Source of the DNA: an uncultured Gemmatimonadales bacterium
Lineage (GTDB): Bacteria; Gemmatimonadota; Gemmatimonadetes; Longimicrobiales; Longimicrobiaceae
Assembly (NCBI GenBank): GCA_963716255.1
Contig: OY970303.1
Span: 2,912,001-2,976,000 of the forward strand
Reading direction: 5' to 3'
DNA length: 64,000 bases
Below, piece by piece: positions 27,989 to 37,930 of this stretch (position 1 is the first letter of the stretch; each line of letters begins with the position of its first letter). The notes under the pieces are model-generated. The model saw only the letters and a program-made list of their open reading frames with translations. It had not been told where the DNA came from and made no database searches. The position numbers and the translations under genes were made by a program.

Positions 27989-30484
27989 TCAACGCGGCTC
28001 CGGCTCCGCCTGAGTCCACAGCAGCACCACCCCGCACGCCAGGTTGGCGGTCCTGTACTGCGGCGGCACTTCGGCGCCGTTGCGGTACACCTCGATGGCG
28101 ACGACGTCGCCCGTGCGGAGATGCCGGTCGATGTCCTGGCCCTGCTCGGGGCTGTCGCTCATGATGCGCACGCCGTCCAGGAACACCGGGAAGAAGCACT
28201 GGTCGGCGGAGCGGTCGTTCGAGCCCTCGCTGAGGCGCACGCTCGTGTTGCTCCGGCTGGAGACCAGGCGGGTCTCCATGGGGGGCGCCGTGCCCATGCG
28301 GCCGGGCGGCTGATGCCGGATCACCCGGATCCCCGGGATGGTGCGTATCACGCTGGACAGCGGGGCGCCGCGCCGGAAGTCCTCCTCCGTCAGGAAGACG
28401 CCCCACCCCATCCTCTGGCGCTCGTAGAACCCCACGGCGTCCAGGGAGCGGCGCTCCCGGCTCGCCTCCACCCGCAGCGGGTCCAGGGTGTAGGGGGTGG
28501 TCACCAGCGCGGCCAGCCGCATCCCCTCGCCCAGGCGCAGCTCCAGGTCGGCGGTGCCCCCCTCCACCACGGCCTTGACGGTGCGCGTGCCGTGCGCGGG
28601 GTGCGCGACGGTCACGTCCTGGCTGCCGGCCACGACGCCGCGCACGGTGAAGCGGCCCTGGGCGTCGGTGGTGGCCGGCGCTCCCCCGCCGCCCAGCACC
28701 ACCGTGGCCCCGGCCAGCGGGGCGCCGTCGGGGCCGCCGAGCACGCGGCCGGTGACCACGGCCCGCGCGCCCGCCGCCTGGCCGGGGCGCGGCGCCGCGG
28801 CGGCGACCCGGGGCGCCACCGTGAAGTCCTGGAGCACCGGACCGCCTTCCAGCTGGAGCGTGGTCCGCACCCGCGCCCCGGCGGCCTCCACCCGCACCGC
28901 CACCGGCCCCGCCGGCGCCCCGCAGAAGCGATACGCCCCGCGCGCGTCCGTCCTCACCTCCATGGCCCGCCCGCTCCCCGCGAGCGCCACCCGCGCGCCG
29001 GCGAGCGGCGCGTCGGTGCCGCCCTGCCGCACCACGCCCACCAGGATGCCGCTCCCGGCGGCGGTGCTGTCCGCCCCCGTGGCGCCCATGGCGGAGCACG
29101 CGGCCGCCAGCATCCGCACCGGCGGCGGCACCGCCAGGTCGCGCCGGGTGTTGGCCCCCCGCGCCAGCGTCACCGTGACCGGCGGCGGCGCGTACCCCAG
29201 CGAGTCCAGCCGCGCGCCCCCGAAGCTGACCGTGTAGCGCCCCTCGGGAAGGTTGGCCAGCTCGTAGCGCCCCGCGGAGTCGGTCTGCGCGGCGTACTCC
29301 GTGCCGCTCAGCCACACCCGCGCCCCCGCCAGCCCCGCCCGGCGCGTGCTGTCGTAGACCATCCCCGCCAGGCGCGCCCCCGCGGCGGCCAGCACCGGCG
29401 TCCCGTCGCGCCGCGCCACCTGCGTCAGCTCGCCGCCCTTTTCGCGCACCCCCAGCAGCGTCCACTGCTGCACCGGGCGGACCTCCGAGCCGGGCATGGG
29501 CTGCGCCACGGACACCTGCTGCACTCCCATGAGCGGCATGCGGATGCGCCACCGGCTCACGATCCAGTCGCCGGAGGGGAGCCTGCGGAACTCCAGCTCG
29601 CCGCCGGCGTTCTCGGCCGCGCGCCGGCTGTCCAGCCCGGTGTAGCGATACTCCATGCGCCGCAGCTCGCTGCTGGCGCGGTCCAGCCACAGCACCCCCT
29701 CGATATCCGGCAGCCGCCGCGCCCGCACCGGCTCGAAGGCCAGCCCGATCGTCCCCTCGTCCCCGGAGGGCGGCGCCTGGAGGCGGAAGCAGTGCTGCTC
29801 CAGGAAGGCGTCGGAAAGCAGCGCGGCGGCGTCCGGGGCGTGGAAGAGCAGCGAGTCGCCGTCCTCCTCCATGTACCCTTTCTCCGCCAGGCGCTCCAGC
29901 GGCACGGTGGTGAACGGGGTGCCGCTCATGCCGGCGCGCGTGCCGGCCTGCTCGGCCCGCACCGTGGCGCTGCGCGGGTCGACGTCGCGCTCGAAGACGC
30001 GCGCCGAGTAGCGATACAGCCCCTCGCGCGCGGCGCTCTCGGTGCCCTGCAGCGCCCGGCGCGCCGCTTCCCACACGGTGTGCACCGGCTCGCCCGCGGG
30101 GGGCATGGTGCGGCAGCGCGCGCGCTCCCCGCCGCGCACCACGATCCCCTCCAGCGAGCTTTCCTGCGGCGTCGCTTCCAGCCGGTGCTCCAGCGTCTCG
30201 CCCGCGGCCAGGCTCAGCAGCGGCGACACCGCCCGCACGAAGCCCATGGGCTCGGCGGACACGGTGTAGCCGCCGGCGGCGGGGGCGCGCAGCAGGAAGC
30301 GGCCGGACGCGTCGGTGCTGCCGGTGGCGACGACCCGCCCGGCGACGTCGCGCAGCTGCACGTGCGCACCGGGAACGGGTGCCCCGGAGCCGCCGCTGCG
30401 CAGCGTGCCGCGCACGGCCTGGGCGGACAGGGCCGCGGGGATGCCCAGGAGCAGGGCCAGGAGGAGGAGGAGACGGCGAGGCAT
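27989..30484 (-). CDS. Secreted protein with about four carboxypeptidase-regulatory-like domains and a C-terminal TonB-plug-like domain
   Basis: Signal peptide; repeated G.V…PLAGA.V…TD..G.Y/F units; C-terminal VFLDG…VVAIEVYR…CGVVLLWT. Confidence 0.82.
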   Translation of the reverse strand: MPRRLLLLLALLLGIPAALSAQAVRGTLRSGGSGAPVPGAHVQLRDVAGRVVATGSTDASGRFLLRAPAAGGYTVSAEPMGFVRAVSPLLSLAAGETLEHRLEATPQESSLEGIVVRGGERARCRTMPPAGEPVHTVWEAARRALQGTESAAREGLYRYSARVFERDVDPRSATVRAEQAGTRAGMSGTPFTTVPLERLAEKGYMEEDGDSLLFHAPDAAALLSDAFLEQHCFRLQAPPSGDEGTIGLAFEPVRARRLPDIEGVLWLDRASSELRRMEYRYTGLDSRRAAENAGGELEFRRLPSGDWIVSRWRIRMPLMGVQQVSVAQPMPGSEVRPVQQWTLLGVREKGGELTQVARRDGTPVLAAAGARLAGMVYDSTRRAGLAGARVWLSGTEYAAQTDSAGRYELANLPEGRYTVSFGGARLDSLGYAPPPVTVTLARGANTRRDLAVPPPVRMLAAACSAMGATGADSTAAGSGILVGVVRQGGTDAPLAGARVALAGSGRAMEVRTDARGAYRFCGAPAGPVAVRVEAAGARVRTTLQLEGGPVLQDFTVAPRVAAAAPRPGQAAGARAVVTGRVLGGPDGAPLAGATVVLGGGGAPATTDAQGRFTVRGVVAGSQDVTVAHPAHGTRTVKAVVEGGTADLELRLGEGMRLAALVTTPYTLDPLRVEASRERRSLDAVGFYERQRMGWGVFLTEEDFRRGAPLSSVIRTIPGIRVIRHQPPGRMGTAPPMETRLVSSRSNTSVRLSEGSNDRSADQCFFPVFLDGVRIMSDSPEQGQDIDRHLRTGDVVAIEVYRNGAEVPPQYRTANLACGVVLLWTQAEPEPR

Positions 30485-30701
30485 GGAAGACCCTCCGGAC
30501 CGGTGGAGACACGGTGGGAACCCACCCACATTACGCCGTCACGCGCAGGCGTACAACACGCCCGGCCGGATGGGCCAATCGCTGCCGGGGCTGGCGACCG
30601 AGGGCGGCGGTGCGGTGGACGCTGGTGGCAGGTGCCTCGCCCGCCTACTTTTGCGGCGCCCGCCACACCGCGCCCGGAGGCGCTTCCCCGCATCGCCGCC
30701 C

Positions 30702-32183
30702 ATGACCGACCACGCACCGGACCCGGACCGCGCCGCCCTGCTGGACCGCATCGCCCGGCTGGAGCGCGCCGGGCGCCCGCTCGACCCCGGCGCTGGCCGC
30801 CGCAGGCGGCTGCGCGACGCGGTGGTCGCCTCCTCCGAGCGGTTCCTGCGGGGGATCGGCTCGCTGCGGGCGTACCAGGAGGCGGATGATCCCGGGATCG
30901 GGGTGCTGGAGGTGCCCATCCCGGAGCACGGGGTGCCGCTGGAGGACGCCATCCGGGTGCTGGAGGACGCGGTGGCGGGGCCGGGGGGGAACCCGGCCTC
31001 GCCCGGGCACCTGGCCTACATCCCGGGGGGCGGGCTCTACCACTCGGCGCTGGCCGACTACCTGGCGGCGGTCACCAACAAGTACGCGGGGATCTTCTTC
31101 ACCGGGCCGGGGCCGGTGCGCATGGAGAACCTGCTGATCCGCTGGGTGGCGGACCTGGTGGGGTACCCGGCGGGGGCGGGGGGCAACATCGCGTCGGGGG
31201 GGAGCATCGCCAACCTGGCGGCGATCACCACGGCCCGGGACGCCCACGGGCTGAAGGGGGCCGACTACGCCCGCGCGGCGGTGTACACGACGTCGCAGGC
31301 CCACCACGCCATCGACAAGGCGCTCCGCATCGCGGGGCTGGCGGAGGTGCAGGTGCGCCGCGTCGCCATGGACGAGCGCTTCCGCATGCGCCCGGATGCC
31401 CTGGCGGAGGCGGTCGCCGCGGACCGCGCGGCGGGGCTGCGGCCCTGGCTGGTGATCGCGGCGGCGGGCACCACCGACACCGGCGCGGTGGACCCGCTGG
31501 ACGCCATCGCGGACGTGGCGGAGCGGGAGGGCTGCTGGTTCCACGTGGACGCGGCGTACGGCGGCTTCTTCCTGCTCACGGAGCACGGCCGGAGGCTGCT
31601 CCGGGGGATCGAGCGCTCGGACTCGGTGGTCCTGGACCCGCACAAGAGCCTGTTCCTGCCCTGGGGCTCGGGGATGGTGGTGGTGCGCGACGTCCGGCCG
31701 CTGGCGGCCACGCACCACTACTCCGGCAGCTACATGCAGGACGCCCTGCGCGAGCCGGGCGAGGTTTCCCCCGCGGACGTGTCGGCGGAGCTCACGAAGC
31801 CGTTCCGGGCGCTGCGCATGTGGCTGCCGCTGGTGCTGCTGGGCGTGGCGCCCTTCCGCGCGGCGCTGGAGGAGAAGCTGCTGCTGGCCCGCTACTTCCG
31901 CGAGGAGGCGCGGGCGCTGGGCTTCGAGGTGGGCCCGGAGCCGGACCTTTCCGTGGTCACCTTCCGCTGGGCGCCCCCGGGGATGGAGCTGGACGAGGCC
32001 AACCGGGTGAACCAGGACATCGTGGACCGCGTGAGGCGCGACGGGCGGGTGTTCCTGTCGTCCACGCTGCTGGACGGCCGCTTCACCCTGCGCATGGTGG
32101 CGCTGTCGTTCCGCACCCACCGCCGCACCATCGACCTGGCGCTGCGCATCCTGCGCGACGAAGCGGCCGCGCTGGGTGGCTGA
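30702..32183 (+). CDS. Group II PLP-dependent (aromatic) amino-acid decarboxylase
   Basis: SGGS.AN, AGTT.TG.VD, HVDAAYGG, DPHK. Confidence 0.94.
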   Translation: MTDHAPDPDRAALLDRIARLERAGRPLDPGAGRRRRLRDAVVASSERFLRGIGSLRAYQEADDPGIGVLEVPIPEHGVPLEDAIRVLEDAVAGPGGNPASPGHLAYIPGGGLYHSALADYLAAVTNKYAGIFFTGPGPVRMENLLIRWVADLVGYPAGAGGNIASGGSIANLAAITTARDAHGLKGADYARAAVYTTSQAHHAIDKALRIAGLAEVQVRRVAMDERFRMRPDALAEAVAADRAAGLRPWLVIAAAGTTDTGAVDPLDAIADVAEREGCWFHVDAAYGGFFLLTEHGRRLLRGIERSDSVVLDPHKSLFLPWGSGMVVVRDVRPLAATHHYSGSYMQDALREPGEVSPADVSAELTKPFRALRMWLPLVLLGVAPFRAALEEKLLLARYFREEARALGFEVGPEPDLSVVTFRWAPPGMELDEANRVNQDIVDRVRRDGRVFLSSTLLDGRFTLRMVALSFRTHRRTIDLALRILRDEAAALGG

Positions 32184-32205
32184 AGAGGAATGCGGGGAGA
32201 TGCCC

Positions 32206-32335
32206 CGCGTGAGGGATTTCGGCCCGAAGGGGCGAGACCCGCGGGCTGTTTCGCGGGGCTCGACTCCGTTGGGCTGCGTTGTTTGCAGCCCTACGGAGCC
32301 GAAGCCCGACCCCGGCGCCAGCCGGGGACACGCCC
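32206..32335 (-). repeat. Structured repeat family A, copy 6 (stem GGGCTGC)
   Basis: Reverse-complement copy of the scaffold. Confidence 0.92.
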
Positions 32336-32361
32336 AACCCCGCAGCTGCCGTCGACGCTTC

Positions 32362-32757
32362 TCACGAAAACCCGCAGCCCTCCACGAAGTGCACCGCGAG
32401 CCCGGTATAGTACTCGATGACGGCCGGCCGGACGTTTCCCGCCTGGCTCGTGCTTCGCGTCCGCGCCACCGGGCTCACGTGGCGGCGCACGTCCACCACG
32501 GCGCTGGCCATCTTCTGGTGGGCGCCGTCGCGGAGCTCGCTCAGGCTGCCCCCGGCCAGCTCCCCCGCCGGGCGATAGCGGCACCCGGGCACGCGGTGGG
32601 AGGTGAAGAGCGGGATGGTCTCGGCGTCCGGGTGCGCCATCACGCCCCAGTCGCGCGGGTCGGGGCCGAGCGGCTCGGCGCCGCGCCGGGCGGCGCACGC
32701 GGACGCGGCCAGCGCCGCGGCGAGAACGGCGAGCGAGGCGATCTTCCGGGTACGCAT
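32362..32757 (-). CDS. Hypothetical lipoprotein
   Basis: GGAGGAG RBS; MRTRKIASLAVLAAALAASAC lipobox. Confidence 0.7.
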   Translation of the reverse strand: MRTRKIASLAVLAAALAASACAARRGAEPLGPDPRDWGVMAHPDAETIPLFTSHRVPGCRYRPAGELAGGSLSELRDGAHQKMASAVVDVRRHVSPVARTRSTSQAGNVRPAVIEYYTGLAVHFVEGCGFS

Positions 32758-32957
32758 GGGGTCTCCTCCGGGACGGGTGGGACGGACCGCGCGCGGGCCT
32801 CGTTCCATTCTCCGGCGCGGCGACCCGCCCCGCAAGGCTTTCGTCGGGGCCGGGCTGGCAGGCCCGCGGAGCCCCCTGGACGAGCGGAGGCGCCGGGACG
32901 GGGTCCCGGCGCCTCCCTGCGCTTCGATTCCGGAGGGACTGCGCCTTCAGGCTGCGC

Positions 32958-33110
32958 TCAACCCTCCCCGGTCTCCGCTTCCGGCCGGGCGCCGGCGGGG
33001 GCCTCCGGCCGGTCGGGACGGGCCTGCGCGGCGGCCGCGCGCGCCGTGCGTGCGCGGCTGCCGAACTCGGTGGGACGGGGGAAGACGAGGTCGCGGATGA
33101 AGCGCAGCAT
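32958..33110 (-). CDS. Small hypothetical protein (50 aa)
   Basis: GGAGGT RBS before MLRFIRDLVFPRPTEFG; hairpin downstream at ~32886-32916. Confidence 0.45.
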   Translation of the reverse strand: MLRFIRDLVFPRPTEFGSRARTARAAAAQARPDRPEAPAGARPEAETGEG

Positions 33111-33287
33111 GATACCTCCGGGGAGTGGGGGAGAGTCCTGCAAGGCGGGAAGCAGCATGTATATGCCGCCAGCTCCGGAAACACAACGTTCTCGTTCCGG
33201 AGGCCGGCCGAAACCCGGCTCGGCCCGCCGGGTAGCATCCCCCGGCTTCCGTCCCGGCCGTGCCGCACCCCTCTCGCCAGGAGCACG

Positions 33288-33689
33288 ATGAGCTCGCCGC
33301 AGTCCCCCGCCGCCAGGCTGACCCTCCCCGGCCACGCGCCGGCCGCCGCCGCGGTGCAGCTTCGCCCGCGCCCCCGCAAGCAGCGGACGGTCCGGGCGCT
33401 CACCCTGCTGGTGGCCTTCTGGGCGCTGGTCCCGCTGGTCTTCTTCATCCCCCCGCACGTGCCGTGGGCGGCGGGCGCCTTCGCCGCGGGGATCTACTTC
33501 GCGCTGCGGAGCCTGCGGGGCGAGTACGTGGTGGAGTCCTTTGCCGGGAACTGCCCGCGCTGCGGCGAGCCGCTCGCGATCGCCCCGGGGACGCTGGTGA
33601 AGATCCCCTACACGGTGACGTGCTACCACTGCCACCACGAGCCCGCGCTCCAGGTGGCGCGCCCGGGGGCGCAGGGAGCCACGGCCTGA
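33288..33689 (+). CDS. Two-TM protein with C-terminal Zn ribbon
   Basis: AGGAG RBS; TM hairpin around IPPH; CPRC…CYHC. Confidence 0.75.
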   Translation: MSSPQSPAARLTLPGHAPAAAAVQLRPRPRKQRTVRALTLLVAFWALVPLVFFIPPHVPWAAGAFAAGIYFALRSLRGEYVVESFAGNCPRCGEPLAIAPGTLVKIPYTVTCYHCHHEPALQVARPGAQGATA

Positions 33690-33704
33690 CGCACCGGCGG
33701 CGGA

Positions 33705-34124
33705 TCACCCCGCGCTCCCCTCCCATTCGGCGACCAGGCGGCGCGGCGCGTGCCGTCGCCAGGAGTCCACCACCAGCGCGCGGAGCCGCTCCGGCCGGAT
33801 GGCCGCCAGGCGGACCAGGACGATGGGGTAGCCCCGGTAGTGGTCGGTGACGAAGAAGGCCGCGGGGTCCGACTCCAGCAGGAAGTCGCGCTCGTACTCG
33901 TCGGTCTTGAGCACGAGCGTATCGCCGTCCTCCCACAGGCGGACGAAGAGCTTGCCCCGGACGCGGAGCGCGGGCGTGCCGTAGGAAGTGCCCTCCTCCA
34001 CGCCGGGAAGCGCGAGCGCCCACTCGCGCACCGCCTGGAAGGTGGCGCCGGCCGCGGGGTCGCTCACCCCATCCCCTCCGGTGGGGGCCTGTCTGGCGAC
34101 GTCGGGCCCGCGGTCCTCGCTCAT
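33705..34124 (-). CDS. MmcQ/YjbR-family protein
   Basis: ALALPGVEEGTSYGTPALRVRGK.F, FFVTDHYRGYP.VLVRL. Confidence 0.88.
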   Translation of the reverse strand: MSEDRGPDVARQAPTGGDGVSDPAAGATFQAVREWALALPGVEEGTSYGTPALRVRGKLFVRLWEDGDTLVLKTDEYERDFLLESDPAAFFVTDHYRGYPIVLVRLAAIRPERLRALVVDSWRRHAPRRLVAEWEGSAG

Positions 34125-34222
34125 GGCGTCCTCCTGGCTGAGATTGACATCCCTGCCGCGCTGCAACGCCCGTTCCGGGAGGAGCGGCACGCGGCGGGGA
34201 TTCGGGACGGACCGCGGGCGCC

Positions 34223-34771
34223 TCAGCAGAGCCGCTCGTAGTAGACGAGCGGCGTGCCGCGGTACGAGACCCGGCCCACCTCGCGGAACCCGCACGCGGC
34301 GTAGAAGCCGCCGGCGCCCGCCTCCGCGTCGTACGCGTCCAGCCGCAGCGCGTCCGCCGGCCACGCCCGCGCGAGCCGCAGCGCCTCCGCCAGGCACCCG
34401 CGCCCGACGCCGCGGCGCTGCCGGTCCGGCCGCACCGCCATGTCCGTGAGGTACAGCGGCCTCGCGCAGGGCGTGAAGTACGCCGGGTCGATGGCCCACG
34501 GCTTCCGCGTGCCCAGGCGGAAGGTGGCGACGGCCTCGCCGCCCTGCCGCGCGAGCCAGACGCGGGAGATGCGCAGCTGGTGCAGCACGCCGCGCTCGGT
34601 CGGCTCGCCCGCCCAGTGGCCGTGGCCGTAGCGCGCGGCGAGGTCCCGGGCCGCGGCGGCGCGCAGCGCGACCACCCGGGCCGCGTCCTCCGGCGCCGCT
34701 TCCGCGAAGGCGAGCCCCGCCGGCCGGTCCTCCGGCGGGGGCGCCGCGCTGGCCGGCGGCGGTGCGCTCAA
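34223..34771 (-). CDS. GNAT acetyltransferase
   Basis: MAVRPDRQRRGVGR, LRLDA, FYAACGFREVG; probable TTG start. Confidence 0.85.
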   Translation of the reverse strand: MSAPPPASAAPPPEDRPAGLAFAEAAPEDAARVVALRAAAARDLAARYGHGHWAGEPTERGVLHQLRISRVWLARQGGEAVATFRLGTRKPWAIDPAYFTPCARPLYLTDMAVRPDRQRRGVGRGCLAEALRLARAWPADALRLDAYDAEAGAGGFYAACGFREVGRVSYRGTPLVYYERLC

Positions 34772-35042
34772 GGGTGGACCCGGCGCCAGCGGCCGGGAGC
34801 GCGCGCCGTCGCCAGGCGGAGCGTGTCCGCGGCGAGCAGGAGGTGCACGAGCGTGGGTCCGGCGATCCGCGGCAGTCTCATGGGCACGTGTCCGTGCGGG
34901 GGACGCGGGCGAGCTTGTGGGCCGCACCCGCGCGTGGGTATCGTAGATCCGGCCTCCGCGCGCCGCGGACGGCGCCGCGCGCGAGGACCGGGCCGGGGCC
35001 GCGAGCCCCGGGAGCCCGGCTTCACCCCTCCACTCCCCGGCC

Positions 35043-36002
35043 ATGCCGCACCCAACGTCCCCCTTCCCCGGCGCCCGCGCCCGCCTCGCCGCGCGCGCGG
35101 CCCTGCGCCTGTGCGCCGCGTCGCTGGCGCTCGCCGCGTGCGCGCCGGCCGATCCCCCGCCCCTCCCCGTGGACGAGGCCGCCTACCGGCAGACGCTGGA
35201 GCGGTTCCTGGCGAAGCGCACCGAGGAGGTCAACGGCGCGGACGGGTGGAACACGCTGGTGGGGCTCTTCTGGCTGGAGCCCGGCGCCAGCCGCGTGGGG
35301 AGCGACTCCACCGCACCCGTGCGCCTGCCGGCCGACCGGTCGCCGGCCGTGCTGGGCACCGTGTTCGTGGAGGGCGACTCCGTGCGCTTCGACGCGGCGC
35401 CGGGCGCCCGGGTCACACGGGACGGCGTGCCGGTGCGGGCGCTCCGGCTGCTCACCGACGCGGACAGCGCGCAGACGGTCCTCGCGCACGGATCGCTCAC
35501 GCTGCGCGTCATCCGCCGCGGCGAGCGGCTGGCGCTGCGCGTCAAGGACCGCGAGCACCCGGCGCGGACGGGCTTCGCCGGGCTGCGCTACTTTCCCGTG
35601 GACACCACCTGGCGCATCCGCGCACGCTTCGTCCCCAGCGAGCGCATGGACTCCGTGGAGATCGTCAACATCGTGGGGATGATGGAGAAGCAGCCCTCGC
35701 CCGGGCTCATCGAGTTCGAGGCCGGCGGCCGGCGCCACACCCTGCGCCCCGTGCTGGAGCGCGGCTCGCCGGAGCTGTTCGTGATGTTCAAGGATTCCAC
35801 CAGCAGCGCGGACACCTACCAGGCCGGGCGCTACCTGTACGTGAGCCCGCCGGACTCGCTGGGGCGCGTGCTCCTGGACTTCAACCAGTCGTACAACCCG
35901 CCCTGCGCCTTCACGGCGTTCGCCACCTGCCCGCTGCCGCCGCGCGAGAACCACCTGCCGTTGCGCATCGCCGCGGGGGAATTGCGGCCGGCGGCGCACT
36001 GA
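35043..36002 (+). CDS. DUF1684-family lipoprotein
   Basis: LAAC lipobox; F.D.TS…TY.AGRYL, LDFN..YNPPCAFT.FATCPLPP.ENHL. Confidence 0.9.
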   Translation: MPHPTSPFPGARARLAARAALRLCAASLALAACAPADPPPLPVDEAAYRQTLERFLAKRTEEVNGADGWNTLVGLFWLEPGASRVGSDSTAPVRLPADRSPAVLGTVFVEGDSVRFDAAPGARVTRDGVPVRALRLLTDADSAQTVLAHGSLTLRVIRRGERLALRVKDREHPARTGFAGLRYFPVDTTWRIRARFVPSERMDSVEIVNIVGMMEKQPSPGLIEFEAGGRRHTLRPVLERGSPELFVMFKDSTSSADTYQAGRYLYVSPPDSLGRVLLDFNQSYNPPCAFTAFATCPLPPRENHLPLRIAAGELRPAAH

Positions 36003-36040
36003 GGCCGGATCCGGTCGTATCGAGGTGAACTGCATGGTTC

Positions 36041-36174
36041 GGGCGTGCCCCCGGCTGGCGCCGGGGTCGGGCTTCGGCTCCGTAACGCACGAAACAACCG
36101 TGCGTAACGGAGTCGAGCCCCGGCGGAAACTGCCCCGCCGGGTCTCGCCCCTTCGGGCCGAAATCCCTCACGCG
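36041..36174 (+). repeat. Structured repeat family A, copy 7 (stem ACGCACG)
   Basis: Same scaffold. Confidence 0.92.
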
Positions 36175-36222
36175 GGTTTTGCGCTGGCGTCCGCGAGATC
36201 TGGCCCTCGATGGCCGCGCGGG

Positions 36223-36915
36223 CTAGAAGCCCTCGAAGATGCCGCCGATGACGGACGCGATCACCTCGAAGACGCTCACGGCGGCCTCCCCCACCACCTC
36301 GAACAGGCCGGTGGCGACCTCGGGTGCCACCGCGACCAGGTCCGGCACGTGCGAGGCCGCGTGGGCCGCCGCGCGGACGCCGTAAAAGGCCAGGTCCGGC
36401 GTGTAGAAGAGGGTGTCGAGCAGCACCTCGCCGGGCCCGCTGCGCACCTCGCCGGGCGAGCCGGCGCGCCGTAGCGCGCGCCCCTGGAGCGCCCCGTCGA
36501 AGCCCGCCTCCCAGATGGCCCGCAGCTCGTGGTGGTCGAACCACACTCCCCTGCACCCGCCGCACACGTCCAGGTGCAGCCCCGCGTGCGACTCGGTGCG
36601 CATGGGGCGCGCGCAGGCGGGGCACTCCAGGGTGTTGCTCCAGCCGCAGGCCGGGCACTTCTCGTCCGCCCGGTCCAGCGCGCCGTGGCAGTCGTGGCAG
36701 CGCATGCGGAAGCGGTGCTCGCGCTTCTCCACCCGCTGCCACAGCTCGGCCGCCGGCATCCCCCGCAGCCGCTGCACCTCGCCGTGCTCCAGCCAGGCGC
36801 CGCCGCAGCGCCCGCAGTGGTCCACCCGGAGCACGCCTCCCGGGCCGATCGCCACCCGGCCCATGGTCACGCCCAGGCAGACCGGGCACGGCAGGCGGGG
36901 CGACAGCTCAGGCAT
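36223..36915 (-). CDS. Multi-Zn-ribbon protein with two TFIIB-type zinc fingers
   Basis: Six CxxC motifs; two VD.C..C.G.W.(D/E)..E units. Confidence 0.8.
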   Translation of the reverse strand: MPELSPRLPCPVCLGVTMGRVAIGPGGVLRVDHCGRCGGAWLEHGEVQRLRGMPAAELWQRVEKREHRFRMRCHDCHGALDRADEKCPACGWSNTLECPACARPMRTESHAGLHLDVCGGCRGVWFDHHELRAIWEAGFDGALQGRALRRAGSPGEVRSGPGEVLLDTLFYTPDLAFYGVRAAAHAASHVPDLVAVAPEVATGLFEVVGEAAVSVFEVIASVIGGIFEGF

Positions 36916-37360
36916 CGAGCACCCCCCTCGCCGACGACTTGCCGCCCAGGTGGCGGATGTCGTAGAAGCCGTACACGAGCAGCCCGGCGTCGCTGACCTC
37001 GATGTCCGCCTGGCCGCGCACGCACAGGGCGTCGAGAGCTTCCTTGGCCGCCTCGGGCGTGACCGCCAGCTCGGCCGCCACCTCCACCGCGGTGAGCCGG
37101 CCGCCCCGCTCGCCGGCGAGCCGGAGGATCTCCGCGTCCATCGTCTGCCGGCGGAGCTGGGCCTTCCGCCCGACGAGCCGCGCCCGCTCGGCGTGGTGGC
37201 TGCGGACCAGCAGGGCGGCGCCCACGGCGGGCAGGCCCACTGTGAGCGCGAGTGCCGCGAGCGTCGCCGGGGCGGCGAGGGCCGCGCCGGAGCCCAGGAA
37301 CCCGAGGAGCATGAACAGCCCGAGGGCGGCGAGACCGGCGGCGGCGAGCTGCTTGCTCAT
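36908..37360 (-). CDS. Membrane-anchored protein with winged-helix-like C-terminus
   Basis: Two TM helices, then ILRLA…GGRLT..EVA.EL……A..AL..L…G. Confidence 0.75.
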   Translation of the reverse strand: MSKQLAAAGLAALGLFMLLGFLGSGAALAAPATLAALALTVGLPAVGAALLVRSHHAERARLVGRKAQLRRQTMDAEILRLAGERGGRLTAVEVAAELAVTPEAAKEALDALCVRGQADIEVSDAGLLVYGFYDIRHLGGKSSARGVLDA

Positions 37361-37441
37361 GGGCGTGCGGATCCGGGTCGAGGCGCGGGCCGCGAAGACG
37401 GCGCCGTAGTTCCGACTACGGACCGGGCGTGGGGGCGGGTT

Positions 37442-37882
37442 TCACGCGTCGGGCGCCGGGCCGAGCGCGGTGCGGAACTGGAAGCACTCGATCCCCAGCC
37501 CCTCGCGGAAGTAGAAGCGGTGCGCCTGCTCGCGCGTCACCCGGGAGATGAGCTGCAGCTCGGCGCAGCCGCCGGCCCGCCCCTCGGCCTTGAGCCAGTC
37601 CAGCAGGCGCCTGCCGTAGCCGCGCGAGCGCACCCGCTCGTCGGTCACGAAGTCGTCCACGTACAGCAGCCGCCCGCAGTACAGCATGGTCATGTACCGG
37701 TACCCGGCCACGGCGCGCACCTCGCCGTCGTCCTCCAGCGCGGCGAGCCGGTAGCCTTCGCCCTCCATCATCCGGCGGACCATGGGCACGTAGTCGCCGA
37801 GCGGGAGGTGCGGGCGCAGCTGCCGCATGACCTGCCAGGTGGCGGCGATCGCGTCGTCGGTGTCGGCGGTGCGGATGGTCAC
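37442..37882 (-). CDS. GNAT acetyltransferase
   Basis: YVDDFVT…RSRGYG, AHRFYFREG. Confidence 0.92.
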   Translation of the reverse strand: MTIRTADTDDAIAATWQVMRQLRPHLPLGDYVPMVRRMMEGEGYRLAALEDDGEVRAVAGYRYMTMLYCGRLLYVDDFVTDERVRSRGYGRRLLDWLKAEGRAGGCAELQLISRVTREQAHRFYFREGLGIECFQFRTALGPAPDA

Positions 37883-37930
37883 GGGCGGTTCTCCGGGCGG
37901 ATGGGGGTGGAGCCGGACGGCGGCGGACGC

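Noticed and set aside
27776..30889. Long antisense ORFs (27776-30889, also 8397-11069 and 11187-14432)
   Set aside because: Antisense shadows of GC3-biased genes.
30702..32183. Decarboxylase or GMC oxidase as NRPS tailoring genes
   Set aside because: About 20 kb or more from the NRPS and separated by many unrelated genes; no evidence of linkage.
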